From: Macrostomum hystrix
Taxonomy: Eukaryota; Animalia; Platyhelminthes
Assembly (NCBI GenBank): GCA_950097015.1
Contig: CATNEN010000014.1
Location: forward strand, 124,001-188,000
Reading direction: 5' to 3'
DNA: 64,000 nucleotides
Part shown: piece after piece, positions 10,818-25,722 of the stretch
Layout: each line of letters opens with the position of its first letter
Position numbering within the stretch: the stretch's first letter is position 1
Program-made: the position numbers and the translations under genes
Notes under the pieces: generated by a model
What the model was told of the DNA's origin: nothing
Databases searched by the model: none
The model's input: only the letters and a program-made list of their open reading frames with translations

Positions 10818-13800
10818 ATGGAGAAGCCAGCAGATCTGAGCGTCAGGTAATATACTCAATCAAGTATTGCTTTGCTGTTAGAATATCGGTTATAATTGAC
10901 AGACAATCGGCCTTCTACATGTAGATCAAATGTACATTTGAGCAGTATATGAAGCTGGTTAGTGGAAAACTGTTCAGTGGAAGCTGCTCAGAGGGAGATC
11001 TGGACAGAGAGAAGCTTGTCAGTGTGGATGATGGTTACGCGGGAGCTCGATGTTGTGGAAAGCTTGTGATGGATGAGGCATATGATCCTGTAGAAGCCTT
11101 AAAACTTGCATGCTATATTCTGTTGACAACAATGGAAAACAAGATATTGAGCGCTGAAACAATATGAAGCTTGATTCGAATCCAGGCCTTCAAAATACCG
11201 ACGTTGGGAATGTTATCCCGAGCTAACCTTCAAGACGTGTCACAAATTTCAGACCTCAGCGTGATGCTGTTAGATTGTATAAAAAATGAATCAAATGATA
11301 AAATTAGAATCTTCGCTGTTCATCTTTCCTTTCTCGTGTTTTCTTTTTTTAGCTCGAAAAGGTTTTCCTGGTAAGCTCTCGTCCGAGAAATAGCATTTAA
11401 CACGATGGTTTTGGAGTCTTAAGCGCTTAAAACAATGAAAGTGCAGCTTTGTTTTTTCTACCCGTGCCCTTTGCAGGCCTCTCCATGCTGCAGGGCATTC
11501 CAAGGCATTTTCTTCACCCACTAATCCGCCTTTGCACCCAGTTCCCTAGCGCAGTTGGCATTTTTGCTATGTACTTTTGTCTATTCTTCCTGTGGACATG
11601 CACCCCGCTAGAAAAGAACTATTTTCCGGACCAGTTGTCTAAATTGTCAAAGCGTTTTCGCTGACGTAGTCGCTATCACCTCCGGAAATCAAAGTTTCAG
11701 TAATACCTATTCAAACTGTTGCTCTTTGAATGAATTCAGGCAACTTTTTTTCAGATCATATGGGTTACTTCATTGTTCTGCTGGAGTTGTTTTAGTTGCA
11801 AAAGACCAGCAGAAGAGAATATTTTTTAACTTTCTTGTTAGTCAAGTTATAGTACTCGCATTGTTAGTACAAGAGGGATTCATGGTGCGCTAGCAGAACC
11901 AAGATCGTGGGTGTTGGATTAAAACATTTTATTGTAAGAACTTACAGAATTTTTTCTGACATTATTCATTTTTACACAATTTGTTTGAATGATTTTCTGA
12001 TTCCCTTTCCCATTACCAGCAATGCCGAAGCAGAAGAGGCCAACGCAGAAGAGGATCGCAAAAAGATCCATGTGTACCAGAGGCGCTGGCTTATCCTTTT
12101 GTTGTTTTGTGCCTGCTCTCTGTCTAACGCCTACCAGTGGATCCACCTTAACATCATCTTCGACGTCGTCAAGACGCACTACAATGCGTCGCTACCCACT
12201 GACTCAACACAGGCCAACATAGCCATCGACTGGCTCTCAATGATCTATATGTTAGCTTACTTCCTCTTCATGCTGCCTGCGGCCTGGGTGCTTGAGCGCT
12301 TCGGGCTTCGAGTGGGTAACATATGCGCCGCTTTGCTTAACTTTACGGGTGCTTTGATCAAGTGCTTCGCAAGCAGCCCCGGCTCTTTCTGGCTGCTTTT
12401 CTTCGGGCAGACGGTGAGTTTTGCATTTGTTGACAGTAAGCCTTGATGCCCTAAAATATGCTTGCCTTCAAAAAGAAAGGAGCCTTCACTTGATGAAACT
12501 CTTAATACTTCAGGCCCCAGGTTCCTTACAGCTTTTAGATTCAGATGTTGTAACTCAGTTTGACACCTAACCCATTAAGAGCGCTTTTTGAAATAAGTGT
12601 CTGGGATGGACACTCAGATCTCTAGTGCAAAATGTCTGCCAAGCGCTATGTACGCTCGTAACTTAAGTAGCTTCTTATCTTGCTTGCTATGCTCATCGAT
12701 GGTGCCAAGGTAGCTCAGCTTTACGCTTTTTTACTAATCATAGCAATAAGGGACATATATCCCATTACTATGAGTGATTTGTGATTGCTTTCGGCCTGGT
12801 GTTCGGCCGACAGAGCTGCCAACCCATTCGTATTTTTTTAACATTAACATTTTGGTGAACCGGTGGCTTCTAGCAGCTCTCAGCCAACTCAGCGGAAGTA
12901 TGAATGCTCCCGAAAACGGATGCCAAGCATACTGCCAGCATGCCGCTTTTTATCCGATGAATTACTAACTTTTCTGTTAATTGTTTAAAACTGGCGATTG
13001 GACAGAAAGCCAAAGCCAAAGCAAATCTAAACTCCAAGAGGCGCCTTATCTGCCGCTGACAATCACAATGACAATGTGGTAGTTTTTCTACAGGCATAGT
13101 GTTATAGCAGCAAGGCCAAAGTTTTTTTGATAAGGTTGAAGTCCCAACTGTAAAATAGGGACGGGCTGTTCTTTTCGGCTCAGTGACAGACGACCCTGTT
13201 TGTTCAGCGGAAGAAGATATCATTCTAAGCACTTGTGTATAGAAAGAAGGTTACATAGCAATGTTTGCTAGTAGATTTCTTGTGCTTTCTTAGCTTCGGT
13301 TCAGATCTGCCATGGTTGATAACGCTCGATATATTGCAAGCAATTACTTTGCACTCCAACAATCCAATTATCCAATTATTGCTGGATCTGCATACAGTGT
13401 GCATCGGAAATCTATCGGTGGAAAGAAATTTTTTAACGCTCACTAAAGCATTAGGGTTAATAGAAATTAGAATCGGGAAAAACTAGAAATACCAATATAG
13501 GGTGTATACTGCTGTGAGTGGAGGTGAAACACGAATCATCGTAACTTATTGCACTATAACGCATGTAGGTGTGTGCTACTGCGCAAAGCTTCATATTGGG
13601 TTTTCCGGCTCCTCTGGCCGCGGCTTGGTTTGGTATTAACGAACTCTCAACAGCCACAGCCATAGGTGTGTTCGGCAACCAGATTGGTATTGCTGTTGGC
13701 TTCGTACTGCCGCCACAGTTCATCAAAGCTGGGGAAGATACACAGAAACAGCTGCTGGGTATGTTCATCGGCGGCACCTGTGTGACCGGCATCATCCTCA

Positions 13801-16100
13801 TTCTGATGGTGCTACTGTTTCCAGACCTACCGCCGCTTCCACCAACACTGGGCCAGCTGGCGGTACGAAAGAGCCGTGAAGCAGCTGCCAAAAAAGTCGC
13901 AGAGCAGCCAGAGAGTTTGCTGGGGCCATACCTGGCATCGCTCAAGCGGCTTATGACGAACTCAAGCTTCATTGTGCTCACCGTCTCTTACGGTAAGCCG
14001 CTGCTTTCGGATGTTATTTTTCACTCTCAGTTTAAAATGTTTCTCAAGCAAAACTCCAGATACATTAGTTATCATTCCCACAAACATTATTTAATAGCTT
14101 CTCGAGGCAAAGAAAGACAGAGAGTAGCGCTTTCATTTGAGACAGACTTGACCCATTGTACTTTGCCTTCTACTACCTCGTTGGGAAAGTTTTGCAAGGG
14201 AAATTCCGGTATTTGGCTCCAGCTAGGAAGCCCGCTGAAGACTTAGCTAGCTTGACGCAGGCCCTAAAAGCCACAGTCGTATCTGCCTTATGGTGACTTG
14301 ATTGCTGTGGTAGCTTTTATAAAATTTACTAAGTAAAATTGTTAAACTTTCTACAGTTCAACCTTAAAAAAATCACTTTCTGATTTTCCATGATATGCAT
14401 GTAACTGTGACTTATTATACCTACGACCATAAGAAGAGGATCGTTAAAATTATAGACCAAATGATCATAAGAAAGTTATCGCACAAACTTGGAAACCTCG
14501 TGTACTCTTCACAATACTCTAAGCAGTGAATCTGTAAACTTGATGTATTATTGGCAGTGTAAATTTTCTCACGTTTTCAGTGAGTGGGTAACCTGCTTAT
14601 CCTGCTTCAAAACCTTTGCTTATAATAAATTAAACTGTGAAAAACATTGCAGGCATCAACACCGGCACTTTTTACGGTTTGTCCACTCTGCTAAATCCGA
14701 TTGTTGTGCCTGAATTCAAGGTAATTTGGCGTAGACGCGCTTGACCATGCAGTGATACTAGGATACTAGATAAAATAAAAATTATCTGAATTCACGCTTC
14801 AGAAAAACAACAGCACTGCCACAGACATGGCTGCTGTAGAGACTCATCTGGGCTGGGCAGCTTTCACCATGATCATCGCTGGCATTCTGGGCTCGGTGCT
14901 TGCTGGCTTTATCCTGGACAAGACCAAAGAGTTTAAGTAAGTTGAGATTTTGCTAAAAAAACTTTTCGACTCAGGGATATTCAGTATTGCCTTTTTATTG
15001 GGATTCTTGAAAATATTTAAAGGTATTTTATTTTAGAGGCGTTTAAATCACAATAAGGTGAAAAACGTTATTCTAGACTTTGCAGCGCATAAATAAATCC
15101 TCAAGACTTATAAATGCCGGTTGTTATATGTCATTCTATGTCATTATATGTCATCGGTACATTCTAGCAATTTCGGGAGAAATGGACAGAGGAATCCGAT
15201 TACTTTTATTTCGTTAAGTAGCACATGAAGCGGCACGTGAAGCAGCAGCACACACTACTCCCTTGTGCAGGTTGACAACGCTTGCCATCTACGTGCTGTC
15301 ATGTCTAAGCACTGTGATGTTCACGGTCACCCTGCCGCTGGCCCGCATGTGGATTGTATACCTGTCCATGTTTCTGCTGGGCCTGTTCATGACTGGCTAC
15401 CTGCCCGTGGGATTTGAGTTCGCTGCCGAGATCACTTACCCAGAGAACGAGGGCTTATCGTCTGGCTTTCTGAACGCAGCTGCCCAGGTCTGCACCTCAC
15501 ATTTTTGCCTCTCCTAATAAGATAATTTTATGGTTTTAGATAGAGAGATTAGTTTCAATTAATGAGAATACATTTTTGGTAAAAAAAATGCCTTGCTTCG
15601 TTGCTTACAGATATAGTATATGCTAGACTAAGTTTAGATATGCAAGAATCTATACTTATTTGCAAGAATTGAAAGATTTGCGAGTTTTAACTATACACAG
15701 AAACAATAATAAAACATAATCGCTCACTGTGTCAAATAGAGAATAGAGAACTGTGAGTGGCAGCTAATACATTTTCATCCTGTAATTTGCCCCTTTTAGT
15801 TGCTAGGGATAACTCTTACGTTAAGCATTCGCGCCATTATCGACACAGTGAGCACACTCGCCGGCAACATTGTGTTTTGCGTTCTGCTTCTTGTGGGCAC
15901 CATCATGACAGGTAATTTTACACTATTAAAATGCATCATAGGACGTATCGCCATTTCGCTTGTCAGTTTGCTTCTCACCAATCTCGATGCTCCTTGCAGG
16001 TGTCATCAAGTCTGACCTAAGACGACAGCGGGCCAACAAGACGGTAATAATTGAGGCGACCGAGTCAATCGGAACCGTGAACACAAGCATAGTCCCGTAG
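10818..16100 (+). CDS. FLVCR: FLVCR-family (SLC49) MFS transporter, 492 aa; exons 10818-10846, 12020-12413, 13569-13992, 14653-14720, 14803-14936, 15271-15487, 15800-15911, 16000-16100
   Basis: All junctions are GT-AG and phase-consistent (1479 nt). Family motifs [69 protein letters not shown]. Confidence 0.93.
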
Positions 16101-17332
16101 AAGCCATGGGATACCACAGAAGCTGCCTCTGAGTAGGTACAGATTTCCAAAGTCAGCACGAACGGAATTTAATGGAAAACTCATAGTCGCTGCGGTGCTC
16201 GTGTCTACATACAAGTCCCAACCTTTAAATACAAACAATTTAGTTTTAGCCTCGGTTTCAACATCTCAATCAGTATTTAAAATTAAGTTGCACATAAGCG
16301 CGTTCATCTCAGAGTCCAGATTAAAAAATACTTTTAAGTTGCATGGTTTACACACAAACTATCCTTACTTTGATTTGACGCATCACTTTTTGTTGCCAGC
16401 CAGCCTCTCCTTTCCTTGCACCTCTGATCGAGGGACTTAATTTTTTAGTTGGACAAATTTATAACAAGCGAAAGTTGTTTGTTATCTAGCAGAATGTATT
16501 TCTCTAACGAACATCTCATGAATAAATAACTGACCACCAACACACAAAGAGCTTTATGTAATGAGGCTGACTCGACACTTTCTTAAACTAATAAGTAAGA
16601 TAGAAATTTCGCACTCCACTCACGCCCATTTTAGATTGAAATTGACATTGACGTCCATCCTGAAACTGAGCTTTTTAAGAAGCCTGCCGGTCCAGAGCGT
16701 GTTTCGTATCCAGCGGAAACTTGACGAAGTGCTTCGCACTGCAGGCTATATAAGCAATAACTTCACTGCTCCTCTGAATTTTTTAAACTAATTTTGGTCT
16801 TATTAAGCGACAGCTGAATTTAACCCGTTCTGGCTGTCTGTAGTCGAACCCATTATAGTCTGTCTCAAAAATCAGTATATATATGCCCAATCGGAGATTC
16901 CCTCGTCATTCAATTAGTTCAATGCCATCAACGTGTCCTTTTTACCAGGGTCACTGAGTCAGTTCAGTGTGCTGCAGTCACTCTTAATTCCGTGATTCCT
17001 TGCATAATCCCCACTATCAAACAGGCTACTATCGGAGCCAAAAGGAGCAAGAGAAGAATCTACACCGTAAATTTCCACTAATATAGATGGGATCAAACGA
17101 AAGACTTCTGATTCTTGGAGAAATACTTTTCCTTGTAGATCGCAACTTCGCCTTATACATCACAATGATCGCGTGTTGGCATGTACTACTATAATTAGTG
17201 GATTGATGGAGGTTCTTAAATGAGTGCATGGTTAACATGCAGGTACAAACTGTATAACTTTGTGTGTTTCTAAATAGCATCAAATGAGAGGTTGTAGCTT
17301 AGTGGCTGGATCATCAGACTTATGACTTAAAG

Positions 17333-18487
<1,155 letters not shown>

Positions 18488-19268
18488 ACTTAAAGGTTCC
18501 AAACTTTAAGGTCTTAACTCAACACACACTTCAGTTGTTAAAATGGGTACCAGAATTAGCTGGGGGTGTGGCGTTACCCCAGTCCATGGACTGAACAGCC
18601 GTACGCAGCCTTCAGATGCGCCGCGCAGTATCTCCGGCTGTGCTGACAGCTGCACATTTGATCCAATTGGGGCTGATGAAATCAATTATTTTTTAATTAT
18701 AAAGCACAGAAAATTTGCGCTTCTCACGCGATCCTATAAAATGTGTAATTTGTGTGTGGGTTTTTTAGCAACAGATTACGAGCTACAGTGAAAGGATATA
18801 ATCGGAGTCGCCTGCAGAGGCATTGCATGCCATGGCTCACACAGTGGATCGACCATAGATATAGACCATAGCTATAATGCATTCCAAGTCAGAAATTCCC
18901 TTTATCTCCGCAAATATTGTGCAAAAAAAGAACAAAAACAGGAAGAAACGATTGAACATAAACTATGAATCCTGTAAGGAGGAACCAGCTGAAAAACAGG
19001 TGGTAGAAGCTTAATAGCAAACTTATTTATATGAAGCCGAAAATCAACATTGGGTTTGAAAATCAAATTACGACGCGATTCGCACTCCTAGGTGCGTCTT
19101 CAGGTTTATTTTGTCAACAGAACGAAATTGAACAGGTTTTGCGAATAAATATGTGGAGTTGGGTGTAGATTAACACAAAAATCAACAAATCAATATTGGA
19201 AACACACGAGTTAGTCCGTAAGGCAGCGTAAAGTCCGGGGGCAGAAAGAATGTACACACAGTACTCTC

Positions 19269-19601
19269 TCACATCAAAAGACACGTAGTAAGATGACCCG
19301 CGCCACTATGTTGGAGTTGAGAGTTTAGACTGGGTGACTGAGCTTTTATGTGCATGGCCTCAAGAATTCTGAGTTTGAAATCCGACTGGCATTGGTAAAT
19401 GATTTTAAAGCGCTCGTTTGGGTTGCAGTTAGAGCAACTACTGCAGTGCAGGAGGTGATCTTGTATAGCTGACGGTTTGAGCCAGTGCTCCCTGGTTCTA
19501 GTGTGCAGGTGTCTTTTAGTTTTCCCCCACGTAGGAGGCGCTCTGGTCAACAGAGCAGTTGAACTGACAAACGACACCAGCACGCAGGGCACAGGGGACA
19601 C
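19269..19601 (-). pseudogene. GIY-YIG endonuclease fragment of the Penelope-like element
   Basis: (YV)GKTKRHLHTRTREH...SAIQDHL..C...ILEAMHIK, with an extra G frameshifting the YVGKT motif near 19525. Confidence 0.8.
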
Positions 19602-19985
19602 GCGATTTTAACCGGCCAACGAAATCACCGACTTTGGCAGTCCGAAAAACAGCTCTGATGTTGCAGTTAAGCGATTGGTGAAACAGTTTCTTAATTTTGC
19701 TTTTGAAGTGAAGAGAAGGATGTCCGAAGAAGGGAAGGACGAGAATGGGCTCTTTGTGATCATTTTAGGCGATTTGCTGTTTGTTAACATTTTCAGAGAT
19801 GAACTTGTGAATGATGCTGTAGATAAAGTCTTGAGGATAGCCGTTTTGACGAAACAGTTTGGTGAGAAATCTTAATTCCTGGTCAAAGTTAGCGCACGTG
19901 TTGCAGACAATGAAGGCTCTATGGAGTATGCATGTGATAAGGCCCGATTTCCAATTTCTAGGGCACAAGGCCTGGAAGTTGAGGA

Positions 19986-20717
19986 TCAGGTTGGTGAACG
20001 TTTTTTCCGAAAGACTTTAGTGGAAAGAGTTCCACTGCTAAGGTCAATGTCCAGGTCTAAGAATGGAAGCTTTTGGTCGGTAGCATTTTCAATAGTGAAT
20101 TTGATGTTAGGATGAGTAGAGTTGAGAGCTTGAGGGAAGGACTCGATTTTGACTCTGTTGTCGAAAATGGCTAAAATGTCATCCACATACCGCCTGTAGA
20201 ATTTGGGGGCACAATCGAGAGACATCCAGTTGTTGGTTTCCCAGTGGGACAAGCAGACCTTGGCAAGAGTGGGGGCCAGGGGGCTGCCCATGGCGCAACC
20301 ATCAATTTGCCTGTAGTATTTGTTATCGAACAGAAAGATGCCAGAGGTCGCGAAACGGAGGAGTTTTTTGAAGGAGGTCTTGGTCATAGAGGGAGGGTTG
20401 GCTTTATAAACCAGCTCAGTAGCAACGTCAACGGCAAGATCAAGGGGGATGTTAATGAAAAGAGAAACAACATCAAAGCTACAGAGCGTGTCAGAACGAG
20501 GAATATTGGCACAATATTGTTGAAGATCATGGAGAAATTCACTGTTGGATTTCGTAGAGAAATTGGACGAGAGGCAAGGCTTGATGAGGGAATCCAAGTA
20601 CTTGGCTAGTTCATATTCAGCTGTATGAATCATGGAGACAATTGGTCTGAGGGGTTTGTCAGGTTTGTGGACCTTGGAGACTCCATAAAGCTGACCAGGT
20701 TGGATGCCACTGGGCAT
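19986..20717 (-). pseudogene. Penelope-type reverse transcriptase fragment
   Basis: LYGVSKVHKPDKPLRPIVS, SFDVVSLF, YRQIDGCAMGSPLAP, RYVDD, KLPFLD. Upstream YDKGYGVEILNTVDYINKL..IL.DQTKF lies beyond this ORF. Confidence 0.9.
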
Positions 20718-21194
20718 GATACGTTTAAATATTTTTTCATCAAGGTGTTGTTTGACGTTGGTGCGCAGAAAGTTTTGAAGAGAGCGTTCAGATTAAGGAT
20801 AGGGTGGGACATATAGTGATGTTGTCATGCGATCCCAGACATTGGAATTTAGTCTGGTCCAGAAGGATATTGTTAAGTTTATTGATGTAGTCAACGGTGT
20901 TGAGGATTTCAACCCCATAGCCCTTGTCATAATAGAAAATTTTTATGTCATCAGATTTGTTCAGCTGTTTGAGGGTACGGTGGAGCAGTTTATTTCTCTT
21001 GTTGGATATACAGTTAGTGGCCTTGGCAGAGAATTGTTCAAATTCAACAATGGTCTTTCTTTAAGTGTCAGGAAGTTGGCGCGGCTCATGATACCCCGTG
21101 TCATGAGTTATTATTTATTATGAGTTATTTTTTTGTTAATCTACGCCCAACTCCACATATTTATTCGCAAAACCTGTTCAACTTCGTTCTGTTG

Positions 21195-21245
21195 ACAAAA
21201 TAAACCTGAAGATGCACCTAGGAGTGCGAAACGCGTCGTAATTTG
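21195..21245 (+). ncRNA. Minimal type I hammerhead ribozyme motif in the Penelope pseudo-LTR
   Basis: CTGAAGA (21206-21212), stem II GCAC/GTGC, GAAA (21228-21231), palindromic ACGCGT and a GTC cleavage triplet ending at 21237. Stem I pairing is imperfect. Confidence 0.65.
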
Positions 21246-22379
21246 ATTTTCAAACCCAATGTTGATTTTCGGCTTCATACTACTTGAAGTATTCCTACTA
21301 CTTGCTAAATTTCCCAAAAATTTCGGCTGGATGTCAAAACTTAAAAACTCTCTAAACCTCTTCTGACTTGGAATCATTTCGCGGTCCTTGAAGCCTACGA
21401 GAAATAAAACATCTGAGCAAGTATTAAACTGTGGTAGACAAAGTCTTAATTTTTATGAAAATGTGCTGTGCGACTGTGCTGTACCCATAGTAGCGGCAGC
21501 GTTGAAGGATTTTGTCTCAATTTTTTCGGATACTTTGGATGCTACTACATAATTGTTTGCAATTGACGCAAGTCAGCAGAGGTTTGAAATCAGAGGTAGA
21601 GCGGAGGGGTTGCGAGCTGGAATGAAGTTGAAACATGGGTGATCACATTAATTCCTACTCCCAAGTCCTCCCTCCCCCAGAGTACCCGCACTGTACGACA
21701 AGATTATCTGCAGGCTGCTCAGAGGACTATACAGCAAATCTTCACATGCTTTTTACGTACTACATTATTTTTTTATAAAAAAGCCTCCGTAAAAAGACCC
21801 CTTTAAAGTACTCGCATGAACCAGATTGGTTTTCTAGCTCGAATTGGCCTGTGTATGTTCACAATATACGAGCTACAATGTAGCTATTTTTAACATCAGA
21901 TCAAGTACTCCTTGCCGCCGTTCAGTCGGTAAGGAGATTTAAACGGCTGAGTGTGCTGCGTGCGTTCGCCGGTCTGCCCGTTTAGGGCGCAGTGGGGGTC
22001 ATGGCGTGTGTGGGGTGGCTGTCGGCCTGGTTTATTTACAGCAACCTAGGTTGATGGCAACCTAAATCTGATAGCAGACTATTCTCACACGTTGTATGAG
22101 AAAACCATTCATGCGTACGAGTACGAGTAAGCAGCTAGCTAATAGCATTTTTGTCTGGTTGAATACTTAGTGCCGTTTACAAAAGGATATGCTACAGCTA
22201 TGCATGAATGCTGGGGTCCCGACATCACACGAATCTGCAGACTTCTAGGTATTTCGTACTCTTGCGTTGCAACAAGTACACAAATGGTCGAAAGCCACCA
22301 TTAATTGAAGTAAGGATACCTTAACGGATCATAAACTTTTTAAAACTCGCAGATCGCAGGTCAGGGTATCATGCCTTGA

Positions 22380-22970
22380 AGCGGCTCAGGGCCGCCTCCG
22401 ACCGAATGACGCGTGGCCGGTGCGTCGAAGTCACCGCCCGCGCAGCAGCTCAGAAGGGCTGTTCAGGTGCCCCCTTGCGTTCAGCGCGGCGTTGGTCTTG
22501 TAGCGTGGGCCGATGCGCACTCCAAAAGCCGCACGCAGCAACTTGATTTTCGACGCCAATTTCCTGTCGTCCCAGTCGGAATCAGCAGCGAAGTCCAGCT
22601 TGAACATCTGTAGCCACATGTTCACATCAGTATCTGCATGCAGAGCCGGAAAACTAAGGCAGTAAAAGTGTATTTTCTTTGGATGCCATGGTAAGCTGAG
22701 ATTGTCAAGCTGAGTTACCACTGCCACCAATGTAAGACCTAGCGTTTAGGTAGGCACAAAACCCATGCGAGACAGCCTAAGCGGACTGCAGGTTTATTTT
22801 TGAAAGTTTTGGGGTGGCGCCGACACGATGCACATGCGAGAATGTAAGTAGCGTACACAGACGAGTCAAAGGTTAGACTTTGACTTGGTTAGACTTAGAC
22901 TTAGACTTTGCGCATTTGTCGGGACTGAAAGTTAGTTGAGTATGCCAGCAGAGGCCCAGTCCGCTTACCA
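22380..22970 (-). mobile_element. LTR retrotransposon relic: LTR, PBS and gag start
   Basis: Putative LTR 22731-~22970 (TGTAAG...CTTACCA, with AATAAA on the minus strand); PBS TGGTGGCAG at 22729-22721; gag-like DVNMWLQMFKL..AADSDWDDRKLA. Confidence 0.55.
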
Positions 22971-23447
22971 TGTCAGCAAAGTACGACTGAAGTCTATAGA
23001 ACTGCTTGCTCTCATTGGAAGTTTTCTCCCGATTCAGTTGTAAGAAAACAATTTATAGGCTAGAATAATGTGAAGTAGCTTTTTAAAACGTTGCTATACA
23101 TTAAGTCGCATGGATATATGAATAATTTCATGTGAAGTCTAACTTCAACACTTTTGTTTCCAAGAAAGATGTACCAAGTAGAGAAATTAACACTAAATTT
23201 TCTCTAATTACCTCATTTAAAATGTAATTACTGTTAAAAATATCTGCAGGGTATATTACTAAAGTGGCCGGTAATCTAATCGAAGTCTAATCGATAAGTA
23301 TATGGTGTGTTTAATATGGCGTGCTGCAATAATTATTTAATATTAAATAGTACAGCTATATAACTATTCGTGCGAGCCGTCTCACAGCCCTCCGATCAGA
23401 CTCGAGAAACACTGACAGAACGGCATATTCAACACCTCGCCGCCAAG

Positions 23448-24100
23448 ATGGGCGCGGACACAGTTTACGCGCAAGTCAAGTCGGACAGCTGGAGGTAGTT
23501 TGTTGGAGGACTCAGCGCGCAGACGCCGGACTCGGAGGTTTGCAGCATCATCAAATCGCTATGGCAAAGGTGGCAAGCCGCTCCCGGACACGCAATTAAG
23601 GCGGCCATATCCGACCTCAGACGTCTGCCATCGCGACCTACAGCGAGGTAAGCAGGTCTGCATCCCAAAGCCGATAAGCAGAGTGCCCGCACGGAGGTCT
23701 CACAAGCCATCAAGGATATTGGCCCCGTGGACCCCAGCGAAGCCAGCCATTCTTGCTGGCCTAGCTGTGGAGCGTGCTGAGGGACAGCAGACGCAATTAG
23801 GCGCCCGGCAAGGACGGGATTTACCCGGATTTCCTGGCGCGTCTTCCCGATCCCACCCTGCTGAGGCTTCTAAACAGCAGTTGTCGCGAGGCGAAGCTGA
23901 ATTTAACCTGGCGACAGGCACTCACCGTGCGAATTGCCAAAAAGTGGAAGCAGCTGTCCGACCCCAGCTGATCGAGCTGTGTCAGTTAGGCCCTCGTAGG
24001 CAAGGTGCCAAGGCGCCTCGGCACCTGGGCCGAGCAGATCGGACTATTCCCAGAAGAGCAGGAGTTTCCCTGCAGACAGCAGCACCGTCGACTGGCTGGC
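23448..24100 (+). pseudogene. Degenerate non-LTR (LINE) ORF2 fragment
   Basis: Broken frames give KSDSWR*FVGGLSAQTPDSEV, TWRQALTVRIAKKWKQLSDPS and RLGTWAEQIGLFPEEQ, which match the LINE EN-RT linker and early RT subdomains. Confidence 0.65.
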
Positions 24101-25722
24101 GCATCTGGCCCAGTCCGCCTTTGCCGCGCACCAAATTAGTAGCCATAGAATTCCTGGCGGCCTTGAATCACTCCTGGTGCCTGGGCATCCTGCGCGAGTT
24201 CGTCAATGGCCAATGTCAGACCACTGGTAGGGTAGATTCGTGGATGATTCAAACTGCTATTATTGCACTGCTATATACTTCTACTGCTACCCTCGTACAT
24301 AATTATTTTACAAGACATTGTGTTGGCCGACTCTGCCATTGTGTCGGCCAACAACTAATTCTCACTTTCTAATCGATGCTTGCAAGCTACACATGCCTCT
24401 TTGATTTGCTCATTTATAACTTAACTCAAAAGCCATTCATTGATTTCCCTTGATTTTTGATGTTTTAATAATAAACTCTATGCACTTCTGCTATGAAATA
24501 TGCTATAAAAACAGAACAGAAAACATTTAAATTGTGCAGATTGTGATACTACAGTACATCAGAAATTAACAAATTAAAAATTCTAGAAATAAACGAGTGC
24601 TCTGTGTATTTTGCATTGTCTTAATCTTTCTGCTTGCAGTGCAACAAAATGACTGCTGCAGACTAAAGACGGAAGCATGAGGCAGCCAGTATCAATAACA
24701 GGATTATGTAATATAAGGCAGACAATTAAAGCAATACAATCAAAGCTAAAAAATTGCAAGCAGCAATACCAACATAAGCTCAACTAGTGAAAAGCTAATC
24801 GTTTCACCGTTGGTCATATCGTGCTGCTGGTATTCGCAGTTAAAAAGTTAGGTTCAAAGATTTAACTTAATTTTCTGATTTCAGGATTTCTCAGACGAAT
24901 GTCACAACATATTATTGGCCATAAAAGCGAATTACTCCTACTCGTACTTTTACACAGCGCACCAAATAAGCAAATCCGTGAATGGGATTAGTTCAGAATG
25001 AATTTACCAGTGGACTAGAAGGCAAACACATGTGGAATTTCTGTACACATAAAAAATCACATGTGTACAAATGTTTCCATGTGGAATTAACTATAACTCA
25101 CTACGTTTGATGTCGATCAAAACGAGCCATTAGTAAATCTAAAACCAACCCAACGATCACCAATTGAGTAGGGCAAAACATCTATTGAAAGATTTTCCAC
25201 AGAAGGGAAGGCATAAAACTGTCTCTAGATGTGTTGGGCAACCGCGGCAACAGCAAAGAGAAAGCGCATCTGAACAGAGCGGAATTTAAGCAGCTACTGA
25301 AGTCCAAGTAAACTGAGAAAACAAACTGTAGCCAGCAAAAGCTATTTTGGAATCATACTGTCACGGGTGGAATTTTACGGCGGCGGGTGCAGCGATACGT
25401 AACATGTGTTGAGCAGGGTATACCGCCCGTCGGCATTGGGAGAGATTCTATCGCGAGTATTTTTTCTGGCTATGTACGCGCGAAGAATTTATTGGGCATT
25501 TATAGGCCGATACAAGCCGCAAGATGCAGCTAAGACAGAAACAGACGGAAACGTAGCAGTGCTAGAGTCACATATAAGATAGATCAACGTAATATATCCA
25601 AGCCTACATTACACTAAGTAACAGCGAAACAACAGCATAACAAAAGAGCAGAGCTAGAGATTTTACAGACCGAGGAATAAGCAGAGGAAATCAAAGTTAT
25701 TTACAGCCTCACAGGCAAGCGG

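Larger units (their letters stand above)
19030..21279 (-). mobile_element. Penelope-like retroelement with inverted 146-bp pseudo-LTRs, degenerate
   Basis: RT and GIY-YIG remnants are bracketed by inverted repeats 19030-19175 and 21134-21279 (4 mismatches). Confidence 0.9.

Noticed and set aside
23500-24372. 290-aa ORF as a host gene
   Set aside because: The recognisable motifs lie in other, broken frames and are LINE ORF2-like.
25359-25540. Possible solo LTR starting TGTCACGGG
   Set aside because: No matching CA end with a TSD could be found.
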